A DNA stretch of 38,646 nt. Origin: a virus. The number at the start of each line of letters is the position of its first letter. Position 1 is the stretch's first letter. A program made the translations under genes and the position numbers. The notes beneath the pieces are model-generated. The model saw nothing but the letters and a program-made list of their open reading frames with translations. It was not told the DNA's origin and ran no database searches. Shown one piece after another: positions 7,369 to 14,734 of this stretch. The stretch lies in the IMG/VR virus record IMGVR_UViG_3300027609_000001, positions 1 through 38,646 of that record. One strand, 5' to 3'.

Positions 7369-7657
7369 TGGCAGCCTCCTCATCACAGGTACAATCGGTA
7401 TCACAATCTTCTCCATCTGCCGGCCGCATAGCAACCGAGATGTGAATACTCACTCCTATCGTGTCGAGTCGATCCTCAACGAACTGAAAGAAGCCTGCTA
7501 TATTCGAAATTAATTTGCAAGCTGCGATATTACGTTGATGTTCATCGAGATGATTAAGACCTTCTAATTCTATATGCCATTCGGGAAGGTTGTATGATTC
7601 AATATCTGACATTTCGTCACAACTCTCACAGCGGATGACAACATCAGGATGGTTCAT
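7361..7657 (-). CDS. Hypothetical acidic, Cys-containing protein
   Basis: 98-aa ORF with GAAGGA upstream. Same-strand array. Confidence 0.45.
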   Translation of the reverse strand: MNHPDVVIRCESCDEMSDIESYNLPEWHIELEGLNHLDEHQRNIAACKLISNIAGFFQFVEDRLDTIGVSIHISVAMRPADGEDCDTDCTCDEEAANA

Positions 7658-8258
7658 GATTATCCTTCTTCAATAGGGGTACTAAGGGTGAATCTGGTAT
7701 ACGCTCCATAATGACAACAGCCTGCGTAGCGACACGAGCAGACTCTTTCATTTTCATGTCCTCAACCATTTGACGGTAATCGCGATTATAGAGTGCGTAT
7801 TTACGCATGAAGACATTGCCGTCCTTCTTGCGATCTAATGCATCTTGATATCCCGATTCACCGATGATATAGGAGGCAATCTCAAGGCAATCCTTGAAGT
7901 ATTCATTCTCAGTGGCAATGCCCTTGAACTTATAGGGGTTGATGCCCAAAGAAGCAGCAAACATGCCCGGATCGGTACATCGACCTGCACGTACTTCGTT
8001 GAGCATATAGAGTCCCAACTTATTCTGCTCTTCAGTATCAGTTGGCACTTCTGCAAGTCCCTGCCATCTACGTTCGATATCGAGTGATCGCTCTCCAGCG
8101 GCTGGTATTCCTGAAGCTTCCATACCAGAAGCGGGCATGCCAGAAGCGTCATTGCCACTACACGTCGTAGGTATAACCAACTTCTTTCGCTTGGTGTCAT
8201 AGAATGGCTTCTTTCGTGGACCGTCAGGATTAAATTTACGCTTCTCGGTCATACTCAT
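7644..8258 (-). CDS. DNA-binding protein, possibly the small terminase subunit
   Basis: The C-terminal half (ASLGINPYKFKGIATENEYFKDCLEIASYII...NVFMRKYALYNRDYRQ) resembles the HTH plus oligomerisation pattern of small terminases. It contains an ASGMP/ASGME/ASGIP tandem repeat. The gene is not adjacent to terL. Confidence 0.3.
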   Translation of the reverse strand: MSMTEKRKFNPDGPRKKPFYDTKRKKLVIPTTCSGNDASGMPASGMEASGIPAAGERSLDIERRWQGLAEVPTDTEEQNKLGLYMLNEVRAGRCTDPGMFAASLGINPYKFKGIATENEYFKDCLEIASYIIGESGYQDALDRKKDGNVFMRKYALYNRDYRQMVEDMKMKESARVATQAVVIMERIPDSPLVPLLKKDNHEPS

Positions 8259-8637
8259 CCTTCTTGGCTTGAATGAGCTCCATCATCCTTAAAGGCAGCG
8301 CAACTTTAATTAACGATGGCTTGTATGACTCAAACATCTCAGTAGCATTCTCACAATGGCGTACTGTGCGAGTAACTCCTTCATTCGTTGTTTCCATCGA
8401 TTCTCCACTACAAGAATCCATGTTGCATAAGAAGCAACGTTGCTTAGTCAACTTCTCTTTCCAGGGGATAGACTTAGCGCACCAAGGACAGTAGTCTACC
8501 GGTATGCTTTTCAGGTAATGACCATCCCATAAGAAATACTTTTCGATCTCGCCATTGGAATTATGAGACCAATCAAGACATTCATACTTGATTATCACTT
8601 CTTCAAATTTCGTACAGCAATATTTACTCTTAGTCAT
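8236..8637 (-). CDS. Cys-rich (zinc-ribbon-like) protein
   Basis: 133 aa with paired cysteines: YCC, CPWC, CFLC..C, HC. Confidence 0.45.
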   Translation of the reverse strand: MTKSKYCCTKFEEVIIKYECLDWSHNSNGEIEKYFLWDGHYLKSIPVDYCPWCAKSIPWKEKLTKQRCFLCNMDSCSGESMETTNEGVTRTVRHCENATEMFESYKPSLIKVALPLRMMELIQAKKDEYDREA

Positions 8638-8694
8638 GGCTTGTCCTTCAGAGAGATGCGCGCGCTCGTTTTACATTTTGTTGCACCAGTCGCA

Positions 8695-9048
8695 TTATTC
8701 ATATCCCACCCGCTTGATAATAGGTATGTCAGAGGTTCTATATAATCTTCGTGAATGAAAAGGGTGCCGAAAGCTGGGAATATTGAGCTCGCGTACGCGC
8801 TTATGGAAGAGATAGTAGTAAAGATTCGTCTCAAGAATCATTTGCGCTTCTCCTAAATACCATGCGGGATCGAGTCTTCGTTTAATTTCCTGAAGAACAG
8901 GGAATCCACAGCACTGCTTGCCTTCATGAATAGTCCACGGCAAGAGTCGATGGAAGAGGGACCAATCTTTATTACTGAGGCCAAGATAGTAGCGCACTTG
9001 CTGAACCGATAAGTAGCTCTGATCCATGTCATATTTGGTGATGAGCAT
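8695..9048 (-). CDS. Hypothetical protein
   Basis: ATG 9048 with AAGGTG upstream. The longer ORF-track version overlaps rusA more extensively. Confidence 0.4.
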   Translation of the reverse strand: MLITKYDMDQSYLSVQQVRYYLGLSNKDWSLFHRLLPWTIHEGKQCCGFPVLQEIKRRLDPAWYLGEAQMILETNLYYYLFHKRVRELNIPSFRHPFHSRRLYRTSDIPIIKRVGYE

Positions 9049-9490
9049 GCGGATACACCTTTGCATAGGGTTCAACGGGAATAATGATGAACTCAGTGCG
9101 CGGAACATCGCTCCAGAATTTCAGGCCAAATGCGCTGTAAACAATCGAATCATCTCTGTAGAGAATTCCCTCAACGCTATCCTCAACGAACTTAATGAGA
9201 TTAGAGACATCGGGCCTAAATACATGGGGAGTATTCATAAGCTCGTCGGTGCGCGTAATGCTTGTCTTGGGAATAATAAAATGGAAGAAGGCAATCAGCT
9301 GTATCGGGTAAGTATAGAAGGGAAGGTTGCCATGTTGCGCCTCTACACAATTCTTAAATTCAAGCTTTTGGCGCTTTTGAGCATCAAAGGGACGAGTTCC
9401 CATGCCATAGCGTGGTCTTTGCAACGGAACCGGGGTCCCGGGAACCACATACTTCATCTGAGGCATCTCGAGTATACGCGTGTAAATCAT
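9029..9490 (-). CDS. rusA: RusA-family Holliday junction resolvase
   Basis: GTPVPLQRPRY near the N-terminus and RPDVSNLIKFVEDSVEGILYRDDSIV match the RusA pattern (kPD.DNl.K...D.l.g....DD..v). The ORF-track start is TTG; the first ATG is at 9490. Confidence 0.7.
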   Translation of the reverse strand: MIYTRILEMPQMKYVVPGTPVPLQRPRYGMGTRPFDAQKRQKLEFKNCVEAQHGNLPFYTYPIQLIAFFHFIIPKTSITRTDELMNTPHVFRPDVSNLIKFVEDSVEGILYRDDSIVYSAFGLKFWSDVPRTEFIIIPVEPYAKVYPHAHHQI

Positions 9491-9556
9491 TCTACCAGGC
9501 CCCAAATTTTGAATATAACGAACGATATCCTGATGGGTATACTAGTACATCAAAAA

Positions 9557-10918
9557 TCACTTGTCTTCGTTTTTAACTAAATTTTGAACGGATTCTTGAG
9601 TTGGTATCAAATTATCATGTCCGAGCTTGCGGGCGAGAGCTATGAAAACATCGTTAAATACCGGGTCCATCGCCATCTGTTTGTAATGCGAGACTCGTTC
9701 AACTTCTTGATGGCCTCGTTCGATAGCGCGATTCATTTTCGTGACAGATGGAGCAATTGGCTCATCGTTGTAAGGAGTAGCGCGTTCTCTGGGTGGACGT
9801 GATATGCGCTGTCGATCCCTCTTGATGGGGCTCGGAGGACTCGCAACTTGTTGTGCGAGATGAGATGCCAGTGTGAGCTTCTTGAAACACATCTGCGAGT
9901 CGACATATCCCAACTCGTGGAGGAGCGCATCATTGGCGATCGCTTCAATTGCGATATCGTTGTTGCGTGAGTATTCGATACACGCTGCTTCAAAGAGTCG
10001 AAAATTGATCGACGTCTCATTGAGTCCGTGCTTATTGAGGCATTCGAGGCCATAGAGCAATGCTCCTTCGCAGTAGCGCATGAGCTTGATTTGACCCTTT
10101 GCCGTGAGATGCAGTAACTTAGTCACTCGCTCTCGAAGAAGCAGAGACATGGTAGATGCAACTTCTCGGCGTCGCTCGCGAATCTGATCCCGTATTTCAT
10201 GCGGGCCACTTTGAACATCAACCATCTCAACCTCCTCAACTTGCGTAAGAGAAGAATCTCCCCTTACTTCTACAGAGCAATTGACTATCACTTCTCGAGA
10301 GTGAGTATTTACTCTCTTATACAATTGATTATCAACTTCTACGTTGATATTGGATTTATATATATCTCTATTCTCTAAAGGGACATTCGCTGAAAACAGA
10401 AGCCAGATCGATAGATAACGTGATGCTTGTTGGAACACATATTTGTACGCATCTACGAGGGGCCAAAGCTTAGCCTTGAGCTTGGGATGATGCAATATGG
10501 GATTGAGGTGGGTGACGTTGGAGTTGTTAAACCGACGCTTGGTAAATATGAGGCCATTGTCTCTCCAATAGGTGATAGATCGGTCAACGGTCTTCTCGCT
10601 GCGCTTAATCATTCTACCGACCTGTGGGGCTGAGAGCGTCACCCGCTTCCATAGCCTATTCGCGTTAATATGAGTGCTCAGGACCATAAGGGCAGAAGGC
10701 GTAGCATCTTCTATCACCTCCATAATCTTATTGATTCCACGGCTCCTCACGGCCTTGCGGGCGATAATTTCAGCATGAGTACGCTGTTTTAAGCGATCAA
10801 GCCGATTATTAATGCGCTCTTCAGCTTCTAATTCCTGATTCTGTGACAGTCTGACATGTTCGCCCGAAAGAGGGCCCAGCGCTTGACTTTCCAATAACGT
10901 TTGCATATTATAAATCAT
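9557..10918 (-). CDS. Putative replication initiator or organiser (wHTH)
   Basis: 453 aa. The HTH-like segment LSAPQVGRMIKRSEKTVDRSITYWRDNGLIF is followed by an AT-rich, repeat-containing linker. Sits in the early module with rusA. Confidence 0.45.
   Translation of the reverse strand: MIYNMQTLLESQALGPLSGEHVRLSQNQELEAEERINNRLDRLKQRTHAEIIARKAVRSRGINKIMEVIEDATPSALMVLSTHINANRLWKRVTLSAPQVGRMIKRSEKTVDRSITYWRDNGLIFTKRRFNNSNVTHLNPILHHPKLKAKLWPLVDAYKYVFQQASRYLSIWLLFSANVPLENRDIYKSNINVEVDNQLYKRVNTHSREVIVNCSVEVRGDSSLTQVEEVEMVDVQSGPHEIRDQIRERRREVASTMSLLLRERVTKLLHLTAKGQIKLMRYCEGALLYGLECLNKHGLNETSINFRLFEAACIEYSRNNDIAIEAIANDALLHELGYVDSQMCFKKLTLASHLAQQVASPPSPIKRDRQRISRPPRERATPYNDEPIAPSVTKMNRAIERGHQEVERVSHYKQMAMDPVFNDVFIALARKLGHDNLIPTQESVQNLVKNEDK
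10278..10380. repeat. Ori-like iterons plus an AT-rich tract inside the initiator gene
   Basis: caattgactatcacttct (10278-10295) and caattgattatcaacttct (10322-10340) are direct repeats, followed by tatatatat-containing AT-rich sequence. Confidence 0.4.
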
Positions 10919-11118
10919 AATAATGCCTCCGTTGCGGAGCGTGTGAATGAATCAAAGCAATCTGGTTGTGGAGATGAGTGAGCAGTGAAGGACGAAGATG
11001 GCATTTTACTCTTGGCAAAATTGACAGAGGTATAACCAGAGTACTTGGCTGCTATTTTCCGAGGAGGTTTTAGTGTAGTTGCTATCATGGCTCTACTATC
11101 TTGTAGACATAGTTTCAC
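10915..11118 (-). CDS. Hypothetical small protein
   Basis: 67-aa ORF whose TGA overlaps the ATG of the initiator gene (ATGA coupling). Confidence 0.3.
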   Translation of the reverse strand: MKLCLQDSRAMIATTLKPPRKIAAKYSGYTSVNFAKSKMPSSSFTAHSSPQPDCFDSFTRSATEALL

Positions 11119-11214
11119 TTACGAGGGCGAAGACTAGTGTCGAGGGGTTTAAAAATTGTTGAGGCTCGGGTTCAAATCCGGGCCTTAATTATGTTGTGCT
11201 TGATGCTTCAAAGG

Positions 11215-11430
11215 TTATACCACATCATTCTTCTTAGATCTACCATTCATTTTCCGATCGAGATCCATTTTCGCTTCATGAAGGGCGATATATTCACGGA
11301 ATAATTTACACGTGATAGTGGTAAGTGTATGCCCGTAAAGGGGAACAATAGACTTCATTTTACATTTAATATCGCGGGGGATATCAACCGCAAATTTAGT
11401 TAATTTTGGAGCTTCATCATCTTGAAACAT
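11215..11430 (-). CDS. Ribbon-helix-helix (CopG/Arc-like) regulator
   Basis: ATG 11430 with AGGAA upstream. KLTKFAVDIPRDIKCKMKSIVPLYGHTLTTITCKLFREYIALHE fits a beta-strand plus two helices. First gene of the leftward early operon. Confidence 0.55.
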   Translation of the reverse strand: MFQDDEAPKLTKFAVDIPRDIKCKMKSIVPLYGHTLTTITCKLFREYIALHEAKMDLDRKMNGRSKKNDVV

Positions 11431-11464
11431 ATCGTCATTTCCTACACTTTTCGTACAATTACTG

Positions 11465-11509
11465 TTGACATTTGCTATAGTAATGATACTATTGTTAGTA
11501 GATATAGTA
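11465..11509. promoter_or_regulatory. Divergent promoter and operator region
   Basis: TTGACA (11465-70), 16 nt, then TACTAT (11487-92) reading rightward. Half-sites ATAGTA (11477-82), TACTAT (11487-92) and ATAGTA (11504-09) form inverted repeats. Confidence 0.45.
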
Positions 11510-11543
11510 AATAGCACTTTAGGGAGTGAAATAAAAGTAAGTC

Positions 11544-11948
11544 ATGGATAGGCCTATAAGATCCGAATGCATCATAACGCTCGCCAATGCGCTTAAAGAG
11601 CTCCATAAGAAGCTTAAGCACGTTCCCAAAGATATGTGTAGCGATCAATATACCAAGGGTAAGTATAATTATCGTTACGCTTCTCTTCAGAGCATAATCG
11701 ACACTGCTCGACCATTATTAGGTGAGTTTGGACTTGAGATAATACATTTCACGGAAACAGAGACACTTGTTGCCGTTCTCACACACATTCAATCAAATCA
11801 GTACATTGAATCGCGCTATAAGCTTATCTACAGAGCTGAAGATCCGCGAGCTTATTCAGCAGCAATCACCTTCGGCATGAAGGATACCTATCGCATGCTA
11901 CTTGGCATGGTAGCCGACGACGACACGGACGGCCATTTAGCCGATTAG
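11544..11948 (+). CDS. ERF-family single-strand annealing protein, short paralogue
   Basis: YRYASLQSIIDTARPLLGEFGL...QYIESRY...LLGMVADDDTDG matches the ERF core pattern (Y.Yasl..i....rp.l...Gl ... DDDdG). Confidence 0.65.
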   Translation: MDRPIRSECIITLANALKELHKKLKHVPKDMCSDQYTKGKYNYRYASLQSIIDTARPLLGEFGLEIIHFTETETLVAVLTHIQSNQYIESRYKLIYRAEDPRAYSAAITFGMKDTYRMLLGMVADDDTDGHLAD

Positions 11949-11961
11949 TAAAATCACCCGA

Positions 11962-12144
11962 CTCACTTGGCCCACTTGGCTTAAGACCGATCAGATCAAT
12001 ATATTGATAGCCCTCGAAATCTGACACAACCCGACGCGCACCTGTCTCACTTGGCAAATTGACATTCTCCCCATCTCGCAAAGCGAGTGGTCTATGCGTC
12101 GTTGCGATCCAAAGAATCTTATCGATTGACGTAAATTGACATTC
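11962..12144. repeat. Repeat-rich spacer between the two ERF genes
   Basis: ctcacttggc at 11962 and 12046 (plus cacttggc at 11973). aaattgacattc at 12056 and 12133. A 14-nt palindrome atcaatatattgat at 11995-12008. Confidence 0.5.
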
Positions 12145-12197
12145 ACCACATATCGCGGCCAGGGTACCTCGTACATTAAACATGCACGAGGAGATCC

Positions 12198-12944
12198 ATG
12201 GAAGCAGTTTCGTTGTTGAAGACAGTTCTCGAGGAATTGACCCAAATTTCAGCTGAGCTGAAAGATCTCAGCCACATCAAGGTCATACGATTAAACAGGC
12301 CGTATCTTTCGCCTGAGGTCAAGGAGCTCTATACTGCACTTGCCAAGGCGCAAGCTGAGATAGCTCTGGCCGATCGCGACTCTGAGAATCCTTACTTTAA
12401 GTCTAAATACGCCAACCTTGCGAGCTTTATCCAAGCCTCCCGGCCAGCTCTCACGAAGAATGGGCTATCCCTCTCACATCGCATCGAGCTCAATGAAGAT
12501 GGCCAAAACATTCTTGTATGCACGCTAGGACATTCATCAGGGCAATACGTAGAATCACGCATGAGGATTCTTCCTCCTAAAAATGATATACAATCATTTG
12601 GTTCCTATGTTACCTATTTAAGGAGATATTCGTATGCAGCGCTTTGCGGTTTGGCTGATTCTGATGACGATGGAGAAGTTGCAGTCGCTGAAACGCGAGA
12701 GACCTTTGCCAAGGGCACAGCACTTAATACGAAATACAACCCTAAAGAGCAGTCGATTGAGACACTATCACGGGAGCAGATCGATGAAATGGAGTACGAA
12801 CTGGCAGAGTACCCCGACATTGCAGAGCAGGTATTAGATGGGTTGCGCATTCAATCGATTGCTGATATTCCTAAGTCGAAGTATCGTGCAGCTATAACAC
12901 GAATCCGCGAGATCAAGGAGCTGCGCAACACGAATAAGAAGTGA
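12198..12944 (+). CDS. ERF-family single-strand annealing protein, long paralogue
   Basis: YFKSKYANLASFIQASRPALTKNGLSL...GQYVESR...SFGSYVTYLRRYSYAALCGLADSDDDGE plus a C-terminal tail. GAGGAG upstream of the ATG. Confidence 0.75.
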   Translation: MEAVSLLKTVLEELTQISAELKDLSHIKVIRLNRPYLSPEVKELYTALAKAQAEIALADRDSENPYFKSKYANLASFIQASRPALTKNGLSLSHRIELNEDGQNILVCTLGHSSGQYVESRMRILPPKNDIQSFGSYVTYLRRYSYAALCGLADSDDDGEVAVAETRETFAKGTALNTKYNPKEQSIETLSREQIDEMEYELAEYPDIAEQVLDGLRIQSIADIPKSKYRAAITRIREIKELRNTNKK

Positions 12945-12961
12945 GACCCGAAGGGTAAAAG

Positions 12962-13162
12962 ATGCCCATCGCTGAAATGCCCAAAGTGATAACACGCTAT
13001 TCTCAGCCATCAAAACTTGATCATGCCCAAACAGGGACAAGGTGCAACGTTTTAAAGCCTTCCAGAGACAGAGTTGATATCTATCTTCAGGTTTCACAGC
13101 AAGAGGATGATCCGGTCTGGGAGCTTATCGGCGAGGATGTAATTATCAAATCTAATGATTAG
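12962..13162 (+). CDS. Hypothetical small protein
   Basis: 66-aa ORF, last in the rightward ERF operon. Confidence 0.35.
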   Translation: MPIAEMPKVITRYSQPSKLDHAQTGTRCNVLKPSRDRVDIYLQVSQQEDDPVWELIGEDVIIKSND

Positions 13163-13285
13163 GGATTCGTCCCGGCTTCAAATACCTACATTCTCTTACC
13201 ATGCTTCGCCAGATTAGCCCACGAGGAAGAGCTGTTCTCGGCAAGTGAGGATAAGAGAATGTAGGTGTGTTGTGTCGGCGAATCC
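13163..13285. terminator. Long imperfect hairpin where the plus- and minus-strand operons converge (probable bidirectional terminator or structured RNA)
   Basis: Perfect 15-bp stem acctacattctctta (13184-98) with taagagaatgtaggt (13252-66), plus outer ggattcg (13163-69) with cgaatcc (13279-85). Confidence 0.5.
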
Positions 13286-13372
13286 TACTACGCCAAGCTT
13301 CGCAGGGCAGACAGTTCCATTAGCCCTCGCAACTTGGATGAAGTAGGATATGACACCGCACAAGAGGGGACA

Positions 13373-14734
13373 CTACGCGACCCTATAGCCTGATATCCAG
13401 GTAGATTGAGCTGATGGGTACGAACTGAACGCCGCAACTCCATTTACATGAGCATTAAGAGTTCCATTTGTATATCTTGTTACCTGAAATATCGCAACAT
13501 CTCCTGCTGTCATAGGGAACATGTTTGCTGCGAGAGCAGGAATTGTTTGAACGGCGCCCGACGTTAAAGCGCCGTTGTACAGGAAGTATGTATTTGCCGT
13601 TGCGGGATTTCCGGTAATAGTAATTTGAGCAGAGGGGAAAGCGGTGGAACTTGTAGATGGCTGTGTATTTGCAACCATGGAAAGGAAGTACAGTCCTGTT
13701 GCCGGAGCAGTGAATCTAAGCGGAGTTCCTGCCCCATTACCCGGAGTAACCGCACCACTATTATCGAAGAGCGCTGTCATGACGACTGTTGCGCCAAGCC
13801 CATAGAACGTTTGAGTTCCAAGAACGTTACTTGCTCGTGTCGCTTGGTAGTAGAAGAACGCGCAACCTGCTGCTGGAGATGTCCCTGTCGCTTCAAGATT
13901 GATATTATTGTTTGAGGGATAGGTAATTGCTACCGTTGCGCCCGTTGAGGTTAAGTTATTCCAAGCTGGAGTAGCGCCCCCCGCTATCAAAAGCTGGCCA
14001 TTTGTTCCATTGGTTATACCAACTTGAACTATTGCGCCCGCCGCCGAAGTGGTTATAGGAGCGTTCCCCTGTATTTTTACACTCGCGCCCGTCGCTCCAG
14101 GGCCGCTATTACCAGTAAGGGTTGTAATTCCACCGCCTCCGCCACCTGCAGCAGCGATCATTATGGAGTTAGGAGCATTTGTTATAGTAACATTTGCACC
14201 GGCGGTTAAATTTGTCCATGTAGGAGCGACTCCTGTTGATCCAATTAATAGCTGGCCATTCGTTCCATTGCTTGATGACAAAAGGCCCCCAGCACTTGCC
14301 TGAACGATGCCAAGACCAAGTGAGGTGTCAGTAACTGAATCTACAGTAATTGAAGGATTAAGGTTAACCATAACTGTGTCGCCAGATCCAGTGGTATTTG
14401 TATTAAGACCATCGCCAAAGACATTGAGTACTCCATCAACTGCAATAGCGACCTCACTGTCAGTTGGAAATTCGCTCGCGCCTCCGCCTCCGCCACTTCC
14501 GGGGAATATCTGAACCCACGTGGCAACGTTACCATCAAGATTAAGAAGAACCCAGTACTGAAGCCCTGAAAGCGTGGTGACTGCCCACTGGGTGCCAATG
14601 GGGAAGTTTGTATTGGTAGGAAGAGGGGCTTGGGTTGATTGGATAACCTGAGGAGCTGGATTGGCAGCGTTGACACCCATGTAGTTAAGGGGGTTTAGGC
14701 CATTGGGATAGTTTTGGTTACGGATTTGGGACAT
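13373..14734 (-). CDS. Tail fibre with a C1q/TNF-like C-terminal receptor-binding domain
   Basis: Repeated TNGTNGQLLI(G/A)..(A)P(T/A)W(T/N)NLT fibre repeats and GGGGG linkers. C-terminus LRFTAPATGLYFLSMV...FPMTAGDVAIFQV is a C1q-like signature. The start overlaps the stop of the upstream fibre (TAATG). Confidence 0.75.
   Translation of the reverse strand: MSQIRNQNYPNGLNPLNYMGVNAANPAPQVIQSTQAPLPTNTNFPIGTQWAVTTLSGLQYWVLLNLDGNVATWVQIFPGSGGGGGASEFPTDSEVAIAVDGVLNVFGDGLNTNTTGSGDTVMVNLNPSITVDSVTDTSLGLGIVQASAGGLLSSSNGTNGQLLIGSTGVAPTWTNLTAGANVTITNAPNSIMIAAAGGGGGGITTLTGNSGPGATGASVKIQGNAPITTSAAGAIVQVGITNGTNGQLLIAGGATPAWNNLTSTGATVAITYPSNNNINLEATGTSPAAGCAFFYYQATRASNVLGTQTFYGLGATVVMTALFDNSGAVTPGNGAGTPLRFTAPATGLYFLSMVANTQPSTSSTAFPSAQITITGNPATANTYFLYNGALTSGAVQTIPALAANMFPMTAGDVAIFQVTRYTNGTLNAHVNGVAAFSSYPSAQSTWISGYRVA

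Noticed and set aside
8101-8160. Short tandem repeat encoding ASGMP-ASGME-ASGIP in the 204-aa protein.
   Set aside because: It is only three imperfect 15-nt units inside a coding region. It is a low-complexity linker rather than a regulatory or CRISPR-like repeat.
11163-11184. tRNA-like T-arm (ggctcgg-gttcaaat-ccgggcc, containing GGTTCAAATCC).
   Set aside because: There is no complementary acceptor stem, D-arm or anticodon arm in the flanking 80 nt on either strand, and the stem/loop lengths (7 bp / 8 nt) are not tRNA-like. It is more likely a plain hairpin, possibly a weak terminator after the RHH gene.
11866-12183. 105-aa minus-strand ORF filling the spacer between the two ERF genes.
   Set aside because: It has no SD, it overlaps the ERF1 3' end by 83 nt, and it runs opposite to the operon. 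The spacer is better explained by its direct repeats and palindrome.
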